From a virus, in IMG/VR virus record IMGVR_UViG_3300031673_000021, positions 1 to 64,000 of that record: a stretch of 64,000 bases of DNA, one strand, 5' to 3'. The notes under the pieces were generated by a model, which did not search any database, had not been told where the DNA came from, and saw nothing but the letters and a program-made list of their open reading frames with translations. This document shows, in pieces, positions 61,468-64,000 of the stretch (positions are counted from its first letter, which is position 1; the number at the start of each line of letters is the position of its first letter). The position numbers were made by a program, and so were the translations under genes.

Positions 61468-62541
61468 ATGAACATAACTTTGATGGTCAAGCTCATGCCG
61501 ACAACCGAACAACATAACGCTTTGCTTGGGACGATGGAGCGATTCAACGCGGCCTGTGGTGCGATTGCGGCGGTTGCGTTTGAACTGCACACGGCGAATA
61601 AGATTCGTTTGCAACAGGTGGTCTACGATGACATCCGCAAACGCTTCGGATTGTCCTCACAAATGACCGTCCGAGCCATTGCTAAGACCTGTGAAGCGTA
61701 CAAACGGGACAAGTCGATTCTGCCAACCTTCAAACCACATGGAGCCATGGTCTACGACCAACGTCTGTTGTCTTGGAAGGGGCTTGACCGCGTTTCCATC
61801 CTGACTTTGGATGGACGAATTCTGGTGCCAATTGTCTACGGTGCATACCAAGCTGCGAGACTCAAACGCATTCGCGGGCAAGCAGACCTCATATATCGCG
61901 ATGGCACGTTCTATCTGGCCGTCGTGGTTGATGTTCCCGAACCACCTAAGGGAACACCAGATGGCTGGCTCGGCGTGGATCTCGGCATAGCCAACATTGC
62001 TGTTGACTCTGATGGCGAATCATTCTCTGGCGCCCAAGTGAACGGCTTGCGGCATCGCCACGCGCGCCTTCGCCAGCGTCTTCAATCGAAAGGCACAAAG
62101 TCAACCAAACGACTACTCAAAAAGCGCCGCCGCAAAGAAGCGCGGTTTGCCGCAAATGAAAATCATCGAATCGCCAAGAAAATAGTGACGAAAGCCAAAG
62201 ACACCGGGCGCGGAATCTCCCTTGAAGATTTGAATGGAATCCGTGATCGGGTAACGGTTCGCAAGGCGCAGCGTCGTCAACATCATTCTTGGTCGTTCCA
62301 TCAGCTTCGCTCCTTCATCGAGTACAAGGCGATTCTTGCAGGTATACTTGTGCGTTCAGTTGATCCACGTAACACCTCTCGCACTTGCCCTGCTTGTGGA
62401 CACGTGGACAAAAAGAACCGTCCCACGCGAGATAAGTTTGAGTGTGTCGAGTGCGGATTCGCTGGTCCGGCTGACCACATTGCTGCGATCAATATTGGTC
62501 GCAGGGCAGCAGTCATACTGCCGTACGCGGGCGTAATTTAG
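61468..62541 (+). CDS. tnpB: TnpB (OrfB) RNA-guided-nuclease-family protein
   Basis: 357 aa from ATG 61468. 'WLGVDLGIANIAV' (RuvC-I Asp), 'ISLEDLNGIR' (Glu), zinc finger 'CPACGH...CVECGF', and 'ADHIAAINI' (RuvC-III Asp). Confidence 0.9.
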   Translation: MNITLMVKLMPTTEQHNALLGTMERFNAACGAIAAVAFELHTANKIRLQQVVYDDIRKRFGLSSQMTVRAIAKTCEAYKRDKSILPTFKPHGAMVYDQRLLSWKGLDRVSILTLDGRILVPIVYGAYQAARLKRIRGQADLIYRDGTFYLAVVVDVPEPPKGTPDGWLGVDLGIANIAVDSDGESFSGAQVNGLRHRHARLRQRLQSKGTKSTKRLLKKRRRKEARFAANENHRIAKKIVTKAKDTGRGISLEDLNGIRDRVTVRKAQRRQHHSWSFHQLRSFIEYKAILAGILVRSVDPRNTSRTCPACGHVDKKNRPTRDKFECVECGFAGPADHIAAINIGRRAAVILPYAGVI

Positions 62542-62549
62542 ACCCGCAA

Positions 62550-62571
62550 GCCCCCGGCTTTAGCCGTGGGG
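62550..62571 (+). repeat. IS right-end (RE) hairpin
   Basis: GCCCCCGGC-TTTA-GCCGTGGGG has the same 4+4 bp, bulged-T, TTTA-loop architecture as the LE. Compensatory changes occur in the loop-proximal 4 bp. Confidence 0.7.
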
Positions 62572-62572
62572 T

Positions 62573-63088
62573 CTATGACGCAAACTCCCATTCAAAGCCG
62601 AGTCCATGACATCGTTCATCGTACTTGGGCTTAATGGCACGCAATTGGCGCGGTTCCGCGTCTTTGTCCATCCACACACCATAGACGAAGGTCAACGCCT
62701 CTGCGACCGCATATGAACCGTCAGAACTCTTCTGTTGTGTCGTTACTTGCACAATGCACCCACCAGGCACGTTGCAGACCTTCGTGGATTTCATCCAACC
62801 TTGCTCTTGACTCGATGCCTTGCAGAGCAGTGCAAACGTATCTCCATCGCCGTAGACTTGCAAATCCGAGATGTTCGTCTTTGCACCGCGAACCTCTGTG
62901 ATTCCCATGTTCTTTTCTATAGTGGAATTGAGTTTGAGTTGTGGCGTCAGGCTCCCGCTTGCGATTGCCTGTTCAATCTGATCTGCCATGTCCCATGCCG
63001 AGTTTTCAATAGTCACGCCTTGATTGTCAATCATCCGGTCATGAATCAACTTCTGCAAGTCTGATCGAAATTGCGTACACTTATACAC
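62573..63088 (-). CDS. hypothetical protein
   Basis: 171-aa ORF whose TAG stop abuts or overlaps the IS right end. Confidence 0.55.
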   Translation of the reverse strand: MYKCTQFRSDLQKLIHDRMIDNQGVTIENSAWDMADQIEQAIASGSLTPQLKLNSTIEKNMGITEVRGAKTNISDLQVYGDGDTFALLCKASSQEQGWMKSTKVCNVPGGCIVQVTTQQKSSDGSYAVAEALTFVYGVWMDKDAEPRQLRAIKPKYDERCHGLGFEWEFAS

Positions 63089-63106
63089 TTTTCATCCACC
63101 TCTCTA

Positions 63107-63424
63107 TTACTTCAACGATTTCAGTGTGATGTTCTTGTTGGTCAAACCTTCCAAGATACCCATGAGCGTTTCCGTGGCACGGTCCGCATGGTCTAGCGCA
63201 TCGTCAACCGTGGTTTTGATGGATGGCACTTCGTCAAGCATCGAATCTTTATCAGGGCCAACAGGGACGAATGTGCCAAAAAGGATGTTGCGAACTTGGT
63301 TCGACATCAGTTCCAGGTTGTTACATACGTGTTCGAGTTCACCCACGCGCACTTCCAGTGTTCGACGTCCGTCAAAGTCATCGTCGCCATCGTTTATGGC
63401 CTTTTTCATTCCGTAACTACTCAT
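63107..63424 (-). CDS. hypothetical protein (helical)
   Basis: 105-aa ORF in the same operon orientation. Confidence 0.5.
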   Translation of the reverse strand: MSSYGMKKAINDGDDDFDGRRTLEVRVGELEHVCNNLELMSNQVRNILFGTFVPVGPDKDSMLDEVPSIKTTVDDALDHADRATETLMGILEGLTNKNITLKSLK

Positions 63425-63562
63425 CTTTCATCCACCTTTCCAAACAGTGTCCACCATGCTTGCTCATCGGTCAGCCAACCTTAGCCACCGCTTCGCCTTA
63501 CGGTCCATGCAGACCTGCTTGTTCATCTAATGTACCAAGTTCGTTTCTCAGGTCGTATCGTT

Positions 63563-63886
63563 TCACTTTTTGTCAGCCATTTTCCGGGTAAGCAAGAAGT
63601 CTGCTTCAATTTTCACCGTTGGATCTTCTCGTTCCGCAATTAGAACCATTCGCTTAATCACGTCCGCCGGAATGTTGAATCCAAAATGATACAATTCATC
63701 GAGAAGATTCCTGACCTGTAATGGCGTGACCTCTAGTTCACCCGCGCTCTCTCCATCGCTAAACATGACGGTGGAGTCCAGTGGTTTCAGGAAAAGTTTC
63801 GCAATAACCGCATCCTCTGGCAGTCGAACCGTTCTATGCAGGATATCAAAGACTTCGTTTGAAACATCCGTGTTGAATACTTTCAT
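63563..63886 (-). CDS. hypothetical protein
   Basis: 107-aa ORF in the same orientation. Confidence 0.5.
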   Translation of the reverse strand: MKVFNTDVSNEVFDILHRTVRLPEDAVIAKLFLKPLDSTVMFSDGESAGELEVTPLQVRNLLDELYHFGFNIPADVIKRMVLIAEREDPTVKIEADFLLTRKMADKK

Positions 63887-64000
63887 CGTTCATCCGCCTT
63901 TCGTTCTCATATTCAATCCAAACAAAAAACGAAGCCACATGGCCACGCTGGATTGTATCCATAAATGTCCATTGAAAATTACCGAACAAACTCCTTCGGC

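Overview
The whole 64-kb window reads as one temperate, contractile-tailed (myovirus-type) phage genome. The host looks Gram-positive and Firmicute-like, judging by strong GGAGG-type Shine-Dalgarno (SD) sites, pervasive ATGA/GTGA gene coupling, SLH-like wall-binding modules, XhlA-, SpoVS- and PBSX-like features. The gene order is the unintegrated (attP) order and no host flank is visible. On the minus strand, 256-14101 is an early operon for replication, recombination and regulation. It encodes a DUF1064-like nuclease, an MT-A70 methylase, a DnaD-like organizer, a DnaC-like loader, RecT, a YqaJ exonuclease, many small genes, two HNH nucleases and an antirepressor. There are two immunity-like switches: an XRE pair at about 10.9-11.9 kb, and Cro-like/CI-S24 at 13.9-15.2 kb. 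A large serine integrase (15218-16618) is ATGA-coupled to cI. An AT-richer accessory island (16.6-22.4 kb) holds four units. These are a large polytopic membrane protein (suspected GT-C glycosyltransferase fold) bracketed by a perfect 24-nt direct repeat, a MazF-like pair, three small genes, and an XRE-led operon of small acidic/zinc-ribbon proteins. The rest of the minus strand carries, in order, a complex lysis cassette (22.4-27.3 kb), baseplate/fibre/tail genes (27.4-42.7 kb), neck/head genes (42.7-50.9 kb), three large non-canonical ORFs between the protease and MuF genes, the portal, a SpoVS-like gene, and small genes interrupted by a solo TnpB (IS200/IS605-type) element at 61.4-62.6 kb. 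I found no rRNA, tRNA, CRISPR array, reverse transcriptase or terminase in the window. All family names are recalled from motifs read by eye; nothing was searched.
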